Part shown: piece after piece, positions 26,472 through 37,893 of the stretch | Layout of the letters: each line of letters opens with the position of its first letter | How positions within the stretch are numbered: position 1 is the first letter of the stretch | Assembly (NCBI GenBank): GCA_951406725.2 | Contig: OX597829.1 | Span: forward strand, 1,364,001 to 1,428,000 | Source: Octopus vulgaris | Taxonomy: Eukaryota | Length of the DNA stretch: 64,000 bases | Direction: 5' to 3' | The notes under the pieces: generated by a model | The model's database searches: none | What the model was told of the DNA's origin: nothing | Seen by the model: the letters and a program-made list of their open reading frames with translations, nothing else | Made by a program: the position numbers and the translations under genes

Positions 26472-26509
26472 TATTATATTCTTGAGCTTAAGATCGTTAT
26501 TTCGATATT

Positions 26510-26700
26510 CTGACCGGGCGGTGCGTTGGTCTCTTGAACAAAACTCTTCATGTCAGTTTACTTCAGCCTACTCAGCTCCAAATAAGTAACCCTGCTATGG
26601 AATAGTGTTTCATTTAGGAGAAATTTAGTGATCTCGGTTACTTATATCTCATGGAAATTACATAACTAGCCTTAAGATTCCTCGGACCCATAGGGTCAGT
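26510..26700 (+). mobile_element. Old CORE/V-domain-like SINE remnant
   Basis: gcgttggtctcttgaacaaaactctt..cagcctactcagct..aagtaaccctgctatggaatag. Confidence 0.45.
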
Positions 26701-26846
26701 TACTATATTTTCTACTTACTATATCTTGAGCAAGCTAATGAGGTATATTCCACGGCGATGTGGTATTTGCATCAAGAAAAGTTTAACATAGTCAACATTT
26801 TTGAAATATATTGCAGAAATTTCGAATGTTCTGTTTTATGTTAGTG

Positions 26847-27120
26847 ACGCTAAATCCACGCGGTCGATATCGCGACGTGGTCCGTCCCGTAAATTCACGT
26901 AAAACTACGGTGCCGCCGGCGGTGGCTGCCGCCTTCACGGCACCTTCCGTTCCCCGCTCATCTAAGCGCCGGAGCCGCCAGCGACAGGCCTGCGTCAGTC
27001 GCCCGGAGCTCCGCTGCGTTACCATGCCTGATATCGTATGAACGAACCGAAGCTCGCGGTCTCGCCCACGTACACGTGGACGTAGCTGCGATCGATGCCG
27101 GCAGTCAGTATCGCAAATGC
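26847..27120 (-). other. GC/CpG-rich structured island, candidate ncRNA or ncRNA-derived fragment
   Basis: Several hairpins, including a C(UUCG)G loop with G:U pairs on the minus strand (27042-27057) and a ggtgccg/cggcacc stem (26909-26944) followed by T4. Confidence 0.4.
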
Positions 27121-27419
27121 TGTTTTTTCTGCTCTTTTCATCCCGATGTTTGCATTCAAATTACTTATTCAAAAATGTACAACTACTTCGGGGTAATACT
27201 GGTCAAGCAAAAGTATGCTTTTATAGTCTTACAACGTTCGTTCCATATATAAGTTCTACTAGTATGTTAGACTTCTACAAATGCCTTAGGTTCATACTTT
27301 ATCGAATGAATTTGAAGGCAATTCCTTGTAGGAATTTTGTGGCTGCGAATGTAATCGAATAGCTACCTTTTTATCATAGTCAACAAGAGGAAGAAACGGG
27401 TGGAATTAAGAGAATAACA

Positions 27420-27740
27420 TCAGCCACTGGCTTCCTTGATATCTTACTGGTACTGTTACTCACTCGACTCTTTCCATCCTCTCTTCTTATTTTAGACTTA
27501 GTATGTAATATGTAGTAATTTTCTCGTACTGTCCTTTGTGGAATCTAATTATGTCAGGATCCAGTAATATAAAGAGATATCTTATAATTGGCATTGCGAA
27601 TGTTCCTGCTACTAAGTCTTTGACTTGTTTCCATTCCTACAGATTATTCTCATTCAGATACCTATTTATACACACAGTTTTCCAAAAATATCTGTAGAAT
27701 ACGAAATTTCCTAACTCATTTGTTCTCCCTTCTCTCAAGC
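27420..27740 (-). mobile_element. Highly decayed R4/Dong-like RT fragment
   Basis: Minus strand TFAMPIIRY, similar to TWAIASLRY in the fragment at 10490. Confidence 0.3.
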
Positions 27741-27775
27741 TATTTGTTTCAATGGTCAGTCTACCCCTTTTAATC

Positions 27776-28012
27776 CCGGGGTTCTCAACCATTTTTACTT
27801 AAGCGCCCCCCTTGTTTATTATTTTATTCTTGTGGATTCCCATAACCATTTGATGTTCAAAAGCTAGTTTTAAGGAAATTTCTTTCAAAATTCCTTTTTT
27901 TCACCCACTAACGTGTGTAGGTTGAATTGTATAAAATGTTAGAGAAAGGAACCTAGCCGTTTCTTGTAATACATACCCATAAATACATCTAAAGCAAATG
28001 TTTTCCAGTAGT
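27776..28012 (+). mobile_element. hAT-type MITE fragment
   Basis: Starts ccggggttctcaacc (Charlie/MER5-like TIR); related to 51650-51818. Confidence 0.5.
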
Positions 28013-28254
28013 TTTGTTACACCGGTCTAAGATGTGTCGGAGTCTATTTCTAGATAAGGAAACATTTGCCTCTCTCTCACTGTTAGTCTGCAGTGAATTC
28101 ATACCCTTTTGTTGAAGGGTAAGTCTGTCGTGTCGTATGATTTGTGGTGGGGGTTATAGAAGACAGTCTAGGGTACTACTGGTGTTAGTATCGTTGCAGT
28201 TGTTGCGGTTACGGTTGCTGGAATTGTTGTTGCTGGTTGCTGTTGCTGTTGCTG

Positions 28255-28619
28255 TTGAGCGAAGCGGTCTTCGATCCAGAGCTCGCAGTGGGAGAAGTCC
28301 GAATCGTGGTCCTTTGCTATTCGTAAGACCCGCAGAAGAGAAAGCAGGTCAACCCCCGGCACCGAGAGCATCGACGGATGGATGAATGTGCATCAAGGCT
28401 CAGCGGTTACGTAGGAAGTCGGGGACAAGAAGCAGGAAGAAAGAGTGAGAGAAAGTTGGAGCGAAAGAGTACAACAGAGGGTGCCCTCCCCCTGCTGTAG
28501 CCTCGTGGAGCTTTAGACGTTTTCGCTCAATAAACACACACAACGCCCGGTCTGGGAATCGAAACCGCGATCCTCCGACCACGAGTCCGCTGCCCTAACC
28601 ACTGGGCCATTGCGCCTCC
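28255..28619 (-). mobile_element. SINE family C, tRNA-derived, in (GTT/GCT)n
   Basis: A box TGGCCCAGTGG, B box GGTTTCGATTCCC; second copy at 53027-53398. Confidence 0.9.
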
Positions 28620-28934
28620 ACTGATGTTGCTGGTGGGGTTTGTGGTAGTGTTCTGTTCATTGTTGTAATTGTTGTTGCTGTTATTGTTGTGGGCAGTGTT
28701 GGTGTTGGTGGCGGTGTAGATGATGCGGTTGGTAATGTAATCTGTGTGTCGGGTGTTGCGGTTATTGTTCTGATTGTCATTGTTGTTGTTTTGGCTTCGT
28801 ATGTTTGTGTTATTGTTGTTATAATTGTTTGTGGGGGTGGGGGTATGTTGTGGTTATCACTGTTGTTATTGCTATTGTCACTATTGTTGTTGTCATCAAC
28901 ATCAACATTGATATTGCCGTTGTTGGTTTATAAT

Positions 28935-29100
28935 CCTAACCGCCATCTTATTTTTGAGAACGTTTTTTCAATCTCATATAGACAATCAAATTTTCTGACC
29001 TTCTTATATGCAGTGTATTTCGGTGGTAACTGTAAGGCATGCATTTCATCCGTATCCAGCTGTACTGCACTGTATATTCCAGGGATTTGATTGCTGTTGT
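28935..29100 (-). mobile_element. Possible Penelope-like N-terminal/RT-proximal fragment
   Basis: LDTDEMHALQLPPKYTAYKKV..EIEKTFSKIRW resembles the PLE pattern E..L.L.PKF...EIE....K.RW. Confidence 0.35.
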
Positions 29101-29119
29101 CGTTGGTGGTAATTCCTAG

Positions 29120-29369
29120 ATAGGTAATGATCTTGGACACCAACCACCTCTTACGACTTGTGTCATATGCCAGAAAACTTGTAAGACAGTATCTGGACTT
29201 AAAAGACATATGCTAGTTCACAAAAACATTCCTTCAGAATCAGATTCCAAAGGGCAAAGAAAGAGAAGAACTTTGAATAATATGTCACTTGTGTTTTAAA
29301 CCCTGCCAGTCAGCAGCTGGTCTTAAAAGTCACCTAAGAGCTCATCAATGGAGTGATTGTACTGTGTGA
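29120..29369 (+). pseudogene. Two C2H2 zinc fingers separated by a frameshift (probably an RTE-type LINE C-terminus)
   Basis: CVICQKTCKTVSGLKRHMLVH (29159-29221) and CHLCFKPCQSAAGLKSHLRAH (29283-29345); 61-nt spacer; no TGEKP linker. Confidence 0.7.
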
Positions 29370-29445
29370 TGGGGTGTGGTGTGTGTGTGTGTGTTGATGG
29401 GATGGCTATCATTTCTCAAGATGAAGTATGCATGAAGTAATCATC

Positions 29446-29536
<91 letters not shown>

Positions 29537-29581
29537 TGTATGTATGTATGTATGTATGTATGTATGTATGTATGCATGTAT

Positions 29582-29735
29582 ACAGAATGACACAAGAGCG
29601 CAAAACATCCGGACAACTAGATGATACAAAAAGGAAAAACAAAACATCCAGATAGACGATACAAAGAAAACAAAGTTTTCTATCTTCAGTCAAGATCCAG
29701 TTTTATCCTCGCAATTTCGGTTGATTATTCTTGAA
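29582..29735. repeat. Dispersed repeat inserted in microsatellite (related to 35827-35985)
   Basis: Shared aaaacat.cgga..gatacaa and tcag.caag.t.cca..a.tttcg blocks. Confidence 0.45.
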
Positions 29736-29766
29736 TATGTATATATATATATGTTCATCAAATATT

Positions 29767-30897
29767 TTATTCATCAATGTAAGTACCATCAGAATCAACA
29801 CATTTTTGCCTACGAGTTACAAATATGTTTATTCCGATAACATAAAAATCTGGAGTTCTGGAGCTGATGAACCCTTTGAAAGCACTTTCAGCATTGGCTT
29901 AATTTTTGAAATCATCAAGTTGCTTGAAAAAGTGGTAGTCGGTAGGGGAAGAGTCTGGGAAATAAGCTGGATGAGGAAGAACTCCGTTGCCAAGTACCCT
30001 CAACCTCTGGAGCGTCATTAGTGAAACGTGTGGTCGAGCATTGTCATGAAGAATGATTGACTCTCTTCTGTTGACCTGTCAGGAACGCAGGAGTAGCAGT
30101 GTTTCGTTCATTTTGGCAATTTCATGTCAATGTTTCTGCAGCAATGGTTTTTTTATGGGTTTTCAGAAGTTATAGTGGATTAGTCCAGTAGTATACTAAC
30201 AAACAGTCACCATAATCTTCCTTTTGAAGATCTCGGGTTTAGGGAAGGTTTTCAATGCTTCATTCTGCTCCAATCATTGCGAAATAGGTTTTTATTATTG
30301 TACAGAATCCACTTTCCATCGCAGTCGAGAAATGGATCAGTCTGGTTACGGAGAAGAAGCGATGAGCAAATTTCATATCTGCGTATTTTCTTGTGGTACC
30401 CATTTATCGAGCTTTTTTGATTTTCCGATCGCATGCAAATGGCTGGAGTGAGTTTTCTTGTTAACTTGAAGTTCTTTTGACATCTTTCTCAATGACGGTC
30501 TTTAATTGACCGTCATCAATGACAGATGGTCGTCCACTACGATCATGATCTTTAAGATTCAAGGTCTCCACTGCAAGATCATTTAAACCATCTTCGAGCT
30601 GACCACTCACTGGTCATTTCCTCGCCAAACGTTTCGTTGATATCACGAGCAATTTTTGATATTTCCTTATTTGAAGTTGTAAAGCAAAATTGCTTGAATA
30701 TCGTGCTTTGGTAGTTCCATTTCAAATGATTGTAAGTACGGTGAAAAAAATATCAATGTTAATTTATTGATGCATTTGGGCAGATCTATGTCTGTATTAT
30801 CCAACAATTGTAAAAAAAGAGAAGTGTTTAAAAAATTCAAAAATCCGGAACAAATTCTTCATGGTTCAAACCGTTGCTTACTTTTTACTCAACCCGA
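29767..30897 (-). mobile_element. Mariner (DD34D) transposon, decayed, one TIR retained
   Basis: MELPKHDIQAILLYNFK.. ARRWFK..RSGRP..LDKWVP..LHDNARPH..HPAYFPDSSPTDYHFF..QKCVDSDGTY; Hsmar1-like TIR ta-tcgggttgagtaaaaagtaagcaacggttt at ~30868-30899. Confidence 0.9.
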
Positions 30898-31544
30898 TAT
30901 ATATAGAAAGATTAAAGTAAAAATCAAAATCAAACCGTTTGGCATCACTTGAAAGAGACAATTAATTGAGATAGAAAACATAGATACACAGAATCTCTTA
31001 CAGCTGTTTCTAGAATAGCCAAGCGTATGCATATATACATATATATACATATACTTACACGTATTTGCATATATGTGCGTGTGCGTGCCTCTGTGTGTGT
31101 GTGTATTAAATTGTATAGAATTTACATGTAAGCGTATAGATAACTGCAAACAAGTGATTGGACGATAGTTACACGTGTCACATGCAGGTCTTCCTTGGGG
31201 ATACTTGTTATCCTGCTTATAAAGAAGCCATTTAATCATTTGAACAGTTTATTTGAAATGTGTCGAAAATTAACACTACCTAACTTGGAAGTGCCATCAG
31301 TATGTCAAACGACAACCAGCGGTAATTGTGAATGCTTTCAATACTAAGACCTTTCTAGTATCGGAAAAGTGTTTAAAGTAAGATTTTAAATCAGATATTG
31401 TATAGCTTTGTAGTAATGGTTTTTCTAATTTCTATTTTAATTAGTAATCAATTTCTTTTTATATTTAGTTTCGTTTTTAAAAATGGATTTCAATGATGTT
31501 TTCTGTTTTGTGTGTATTTTTATCGAATTATATGTTATTACCGT

Positions 31545-31785
31545 AAGGTGGCGAGCTGGCAGAAACGTTAGCACGCCGGGCGAAATGCGTAGCCGTATTT
31601 CGTCTGCCATTACATTCTGAGTTCAAATTCCGCCGAGGTCGACTTTGCCTTTCATCCTTTCGGGGTCGATAAATTAAGAAATTAAGTACCAGTTACCCAC
31701 TGGGGTCGATATAATCGACTTAATCTCTTTGTCTGTCCTTGTTTGTCTCCTCTGTGTTTAGCCCCTTGTGTGTAATAAAGAAATA
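31545..31785 (+). mobile_element. SINE family A, young subfamily, monomer
   Basis: Full head, core and gccccttgtgtgtaataaagaaata tail. Confidence 0.9.
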
Positions 31786-32319
31786 CATATTTCTGTTGAA
31801 AAACACTGACTTGACGTCAATTAATAATGATAATAAGGAAGAATTTAATACAATAACTTTTCCATTACTAAGCTGGGTTTGTGAAATAAATTAACATGAA
31901 ATTTGGATGGAAGTTTTTAGTTTGGATAACTTTAACGGTTTCGTTGTTGAAATACACAAGTTTTCTTACAATTACTTTCGAAAATAATGAGGAGCTCCGT
32001 AAAACATTTTGGTCGTTATTAAACTGGGATTTGGGAACATTAAATTACGTTGAAATTCTGTGAGAATGTTTTAATTCAGATCTCTTGATGTCAGAAAGCT
32101 TGTTATCGTATATTATATCTAGCACTGGATTAACCATTAAGCAAAAATAAGCATGTGCTTAGGACATCAAGCGACGGGTGTAGAGCGGCGGCACCACAGA
32201 AATAGTAAATGGTTTACGGCACAAAAAAAATCTTTTTAAATTTGTTAAAATGATATTTGGGATGCCTTATCTCTACAAAGTTTAGAAGCAGATGTGTTAC
32301 ATCAGATTAACTGGATCTA

Positions 32320-32545
32320 ACTAAACACGTGACAACAGCTGTTCGACAAAGCTCTACATGTCAGTAATGCCCGGATACTGGATGAGAGTATGCAGGACGG
32401 TTTCATCAACCTCCACACACTTCGGACAGGTCCGTCTGACAGCACTTCCATGTCTGTAGAGCTTGTCTCGAACCGGCAGAGCTCCTCGGTAGAACTGGTA
32501 GGCCAGGACTTTCTGGAAGTTATCCAAAGTTTTGTGTCTCTAACC
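32320..32545 (-). mobile_element. Tx1/L1 LINE ORF2 C-terminal zinc-knuckle (zf-RVT) fragment
   Basis: Minus frame (not the listed ORF) reads LDNFQKVLAYQFYRGALPVRDKLYRHGSAVRRTCPKCVEVDETVLHTL. Confidence 0.8.
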
Positions 32546-33487
32546 ATTTGATAAATATTATAGAATCATAAATAAATTTGAAACATCCCCAGATAGAAGT
32601 CACCACTCTGCGAATAATTCCTTCTGCTTACTTGCTTGGCCAGACAAAAATATTAATTAAACCGCTTTCATCTCAATCACTGCATTTAGAACTCTACACT
32701 TGAATCATAACTCTACTCGATATGAATACAAACTCCTCAGAGAGATTTCCAGGGAATAGAAATTGAGAAATATATTGGGTTTTTATCTGAAACTTAAGAG
32801 AATCTGACGGTTGATTCAGCAGAAAGAGACCCAGTAAACCAACTGACCAATGGCCACGCAGAGATGTGACCCTTGTGACAGAGAGTGCCACTCATACACC
32901 AGTCTTTTCACTCACTAGTGATGCTATAGCAAGCAAACAAAACCTGACACAACGAAGATAAAATCCATGATCATTCATGAGTGAAGGAGACAAAAGAATA
33001 ATCTAGTGCGCTGATTTTTCTAGTCTCGTTTCCATTTGACTCTTGCTCCTTCTATGTTCAAGCGATACCTCATTTTTATTATCTAACTCGCTTCCGTTTA
33101 CCATCTCTCCATAGATGACCCAGGAAATTCTAGTTTGGATAATCTTATATTATTCAGCGCAAAGCGCTATGCATTATCGGAAGATTTTTACCTTAAAGAC
33201 ACGGAGCACATATCACGCTTATTTATATTTAAGGTTCCTCTTGACACTCTTCAACCAAATGTTTGAATATGTATGATGGTTGTAGCGGTAGTAGTGGTTG
33301 GTGTTGATGGTGATTCGTGGTGGCAGACGATGTTGACGGTGATAGTGGGAACGAGGGTGTTGTCGGATCGGGTGGTAGAGCGATTGCCGCATTATCTGAA
33401 AATTGGGTTCAGTGTTGGCGATCGGAAGGAAATATACATACATATATTTATTTAAAAGATAAAATAAAATAAAGAAAAAAAAAGAAC

Positions 33488-33706
33488 AGTATTGTCGTGC
33501 AGCAGGCCTCGACAAAGAAGTCTCCCTTTTACGCCTTATCAGCTCAGACGGAGTCCCAGATGCAACTATTGTGGTAACCCTCTATCACCGTTGCTGGAAT
33601 GACGTCAGGCAAGTTGTCGGCCCGTTGTGATTGATGATGTGAAAAGCATGATTGATGGTGTGAAAGCACCGGCTAATGCAGACCTCACGCTCCGAAGTGC
33701 TCTTGT
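33488..33706. promoter_or_regulatory. Unique island with paired TGATTGAT sites and a CRE; putative enhancer
   Basis: TGACGTCA 33600-33607; TGATTGAT at 33628 and 33649 within a 21-bp direct repeat. Confidence 0.35.
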
Positions 33707-34522
33707 AAAAAAAAAATGGAGGTAGAAGGGAGAGGAGGGAAAAGAGATGGGCTGAAATGTGGGGGGGGGGGGAAGAAAAGAAAGAAGGAAAAAAGAAGGA
33801 AAATAGAAAAATAAAAGAAAGGAAAATGTGGTGGCGTTGGTAGTAATTGTGGTGGTTGTGGTGGTAGTTGTGATGATAGTGAAGAAGAGGGGGAGAGGTA
33901 GAGGTGGAGGAGGAGGAAGGGAGAAGGAGGAGGAGTGGAGAAGAAGGAGGAGGTGAAGGATGCAGATGGTGATAATGATGATGATTATGATGATGAGGAT
34001 GATGACGATCGTCTTCATCATCATAATCATCGTCATGATGGACAGCAAGAAGAAAGAAAGTGTCAAAAAGAAAGAAGTGAAACAGAGAGAGAGAGAGAGA
34101 GAGAGAGCAAGGGAGAGAAAAAGTGCAAGGCACACACACATACACACAAACACATACATACACACAAACACATACACATAATACACACACATAAAGACAG
34201 ATGAGGAGAAGGCGGAAGAGTGGTATTTCGACCTCTCAATTTTTTTCGAAAGTACGATATAATGAACGCCCGCAAAACAGCGCGTCACCGCCGCGCGCGT
34301 GTGTTCACGAGGTGACTCATATTTGCAGACTGTTCGCCCAATCATTCCAACTTTCTACACTACTCAAGTTCTCAAGTACTTCCATTATAATCAATACGTT
34401 TATAAACGTTCTTCCTTTCCGTTCTACCAAATCACTTCGTTTCACTAACGTCAACATAAGATATTTATTATTTGAAACGCGGGAGAACGAAAGACTACAG
34501 CGTTTCAATCTCAGACTACATG

Positions 34523-34562
<40 letters not shown>

Positions 34563-34661
34563 CCCTCTCCTCTCTCCCTTCCTCCCTCCCTCACTCTCAT
34601 TCTCTCTCTTCCTCTCTGTAATCGCTCGCCTTTATGCTATTTTCTTGATACACGTACATAC

Positions 34662-35264
34662 CCATTTCTTTACTACCCACAAGGGGCCACCACCACAGAG
34701 AGGACAAACAAGGACAGACAAACGGATTAAGTCGATTACATCGACCCCAGTGCGTAACTGGTACTTATTTAATCGACCCAGAAAGGATGAAAGGCAAAGT
34801 CGACCTCGGCGGAATTTGAAACCAGAACGTAACGGCAGACGAAATACCTATTTCTTTACTACCCACAAGGGGCTAAACATAGAGGGGAACAAACAAGGAC
34901 AGACAAACGGATTAAGTCGATTACATCGACCCCACTGCGTAACTGGTACTTTATTTAATCGACCCCGAGAGGATGAAAGGCAAAGTCGACCTCGGCGGAA
35001 TTTGAACTCAGAATGTAACGGCAGACGAAATACGTATTTCTTTACTACCCACAAGGGGCTAAACATAGAGGGGGACAAACAAGGACAAAGGATTAAGTCG
35101 ATTAAATCGACCCCAGTGCGTAACTGGTACTTAATTTATCGACCCCGAAAGGATGAAAGGCAAAGTCGACCTCGGCGGAATTTGAAACCAGAACGTAACG
35201 GCAGGCGAAAATACGGCTACGCATTTCACCCGGCGTGCTAACGGCTCTGCCAGCTCGCCGCCTT
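34662..35264 (-). mobile_element. SINE family A, young subfamily, head plus 3 tandem 186-bp units
   Basis: atttctttactacccac at 34664, 34850 and 35036; flanking tacatac on both sides. Confidence 0.9.
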
Positions 35265-35304
35265 ACATACATATATACATACATGCATGCAAATATTACG
35301 TTTT

Positions 35305-35524
35305 TCTTTTCACTTGTTTTAATCTTCAGGTTGAGGTCATGCTGGGGAACCATCTTACAGAATTTTTAGTCGAAAATATCAACCTTAGAACTTACATTTT
35401 AAGTCTGTACTTATTCTAGGGGTCTCTTTTGTCTTTCGTCGAATTGCTTACGCGGACGTAAACACATGAACACCGGTTTCAAGAGATAATGGGGAACAAA
35501 CAGTCACATCGACGCACAGACATA

Positions 35525-35562
<38 letters not shown>

Positions 35563-35998
35563 TATATATACATATACATTATATATATATATATATATAT
35601 AGATGCAGCACGGATTTTTGTCAGTGAACAGGTCGCGGATTTTAGCGACGAAAAATATTTTGACAAATTAAACTTAAATGTTGAAGTGAATCGAAAGGCT
35701 TTTGTGTGTTTCTTAAATGGCTTATAAACACCTTCCACGCTGCAATTGTTTTCGTTTCAGCACACGATCTCAGATCAAATCACTTGCTATGCGGGTACAT
35801 CTCCGTAATATATATATATATATATAACAAGAACGTAACGGACAACAATGAAAACATACGGAGAGATGGACGATACAAGACGAACAGTAAAACCAGGACG
35901 GAACAATTGTTGCATTCTATATTCATCAGGCAAGCTTCCAATCATCATTACAGTTTCGACCTGTTACACTTGAGACTGTTCAAAATTGGTATATATAT

Positions 35999-36054
<56 letters not shown>

Positions 36055-36230
36055 CTATATGTATACACGATGGATGTCTTTCAGTTTCCATCTACCAAAT
36101 CCACTCACACGTCTTTGGTGAGTCCGAGGCTATAGTAGAAGACATTTGTCCAAAGTGACCTACAGTGACACTGAATCCCGAACTATGTGATTTGGTGGCA
36201 AACTTCTTATTACGCAGCCTTACCTGCGCC
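35305..36230 (-). mobile_element. Old family B SINE split by insertions in its internal (TA)n
   Basis: 3' half 35305-35525 and 5' half 36066-36230 enclose inserts at 35600-35807 and 35827-35985. Confidence 0.75.
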
Positions 36231-36427
36231 TACGAATGAACACACACGCGCACCACATCTTCCCCAACTACACTCTTATTTCATTAAAACTATATCTGCC
36301 ACATCGGCAACTCTCGTTCTTTGTACTTTTCTCTCTTTCACACATACCCTCTCTCCACTCTTCGTCACCTCTTATTTCTTCCTATTGTATATTTCTTACT
36401 ACAGAAAAGGCATAAAACGAAAATGAA

Positions 36428-36837
36428 GGATCTTTTCGGTTTGAACAGCAGTTTTGTCTAGCGGTGTCATATGAAATTGTCACCCATAATTATTACCCAA
36501 GTATCGATCTATTGCATTTCTATCTGTTTTAGGGTTAGGAGTGGGGGAAGGGTATCTATTTTTCTTCACAAATGTAAATAAACCCAATCTGTTTCTTAAA
36601 CGAGGGACATATTCATACGGCACAGAATGTTTTTTTTACCTCAATGGACGTCAGTGATTGGTTGAAATTGCAGAAATTAAAGAAAAAACAACAAATATCT
36701 TACAAACTATAGAATTTTCTCAATAAAGCCAAGAGAAAAAGATGTTTTATAAACACATTCTACCAGTATACGAAGTTTAAAACTTTTTAGTTACCTAGAA
36801 ATTATATTAAAAACTGCCGTTCAAACCGAAAAAATCC
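36428..36837. mobile_element. MITE with ~28-bp TIRs and 8-bp TSD (Merlin-like)
   Basis: ggatcttttcggtttgaacagcagtttt ... aaaactgccgttcaaaccgaaaaaatcc; flanks aaaatgaa/aaaatgat; TIRs start with GG. Confidence 0.8.
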
Positions 36838-37626
36838 AAAATGATTTCTATGAAATACGTATTATGCATCCTATCCTCTCCTTCTATCATCTGTGTCTTT
36901 CTTAATTTCTTTCAGCCGATATTTTACATTCTGACTAGCGCATGAATGTACTTAAGCAAATCTGTTCATACCAGGTAGTTTTGAATAACACAACCAGGAC
37001 TTAAGGCGACTGCTGGCTATAAAGGATAAAAATCTGCTTGGAATTTAATATTGAATCATTCAACGAGATCTAAGACAAATTACAACCGGTAGAGCCCTGG
37101 TAGTAGTCATAGTAAGGTAAGTAATAACTTCTAGGTAAATCCTAAATCATGATGAGAAGTTTCAAGTTTAGAGTAATCCAAAGAGGTCGAAAAATCATAA
37201 TAAATCGAAACGGTTGAGGGATACCTGTTCCATCAGTTAATTAATTAGTTGATTAATTAGTTTATTAACTTTGCATAGAAACCATTGAATTGCGAAGAAA
37301 CAGTCCCTCAAGCCGTATGAAAAGTTCGTAACAGCGAATGAATTTATGCAAAAGTATAATTCTTCATTCGTTGCCTGATTGCTATTATACATTTTAATTA
37401 ATACACCAACCTCTCGATTGGTCAAATTTATGGTTTGTACGGGTCGAGAGGTGTATTTAACTGATGTTAGCCAGGTTCCTTCATATGGTGTGGTGACTGA
37501 GGTATTCGTCAGATTTCTTTAAACCCTATTTCTTGACTTTTCTCCAGTGATATCTGTGTGCGCATGCGCGTTCATGAGTGCGCGCGCGTGTGTGTATAAA
37601 CTGCATATGTCGTCATGGGTATGTGG

Positions 37627-37893
37627 GGAGCTGGTTCGGAAGTTCCAGGATTTTGAGGAGTATGGAAACACTTCTTCGTCACTAATTTTTTCAGGTTTAC
37701 CTTTACCTGGAGTAGTTGCACCTGTTAACTAACCATATTTGATGACAATCCATCTGAAAGTTGGGACGCAGAAATACCTTTTGGTTGGTGTCGGGGCGCG
37801 CAATAAAACCACAGGGAGTGAGAGACCGCTAGCTGTTGTCAGAAGGTTCTTCCGAGAAGGGGGACACTCTAATGTAAAACCTTCGCTTTCACG
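37627..37893. repeat. Dispersed repeat, copy 1 (copy 2 at 43766-44051)
   Basis: Shared ggagctggttcggaagttccaggattttgaggagtatgg...gctttcacgtg. Confidence 0.85.

Noticed and set aside
28540-28619. tRNA-like sequence
   Set aside because: It has A and B boxes but continues into a repeated SINE body; it is a SINE head, not a tRNA gene.
29862-29892. CTGATGA...GAAA hammerhead-like string
   Set aside because: There is no stem II, and it lies antisense within mariner transposase codons.
32317-32547. Listed 76-aa ORF as a host gene
   Set aside because: Another frame on the same strand gives a clear Tx1/L1 zf-RVT motif.
33585-34190. His/Pro-rich ORF resembling a transcription-factor low-complexity region
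   Set aside because: It consists of simple repeats, has no domain, and overlapping frames are equally open.
34201-35241. 346-aa ORF with three internal repeats
   Set aside because: It is the antisense read of the SINE trimer plus (CT)n.
35920-35965. Permuted GAAAC...CTGATGA on the minus strand (also GAAAT...CTGAAGA at 29680-29722), a possible type II hammerhead
   Set aside because: No UH cleavage site or closing stem II could be formed in either copy.
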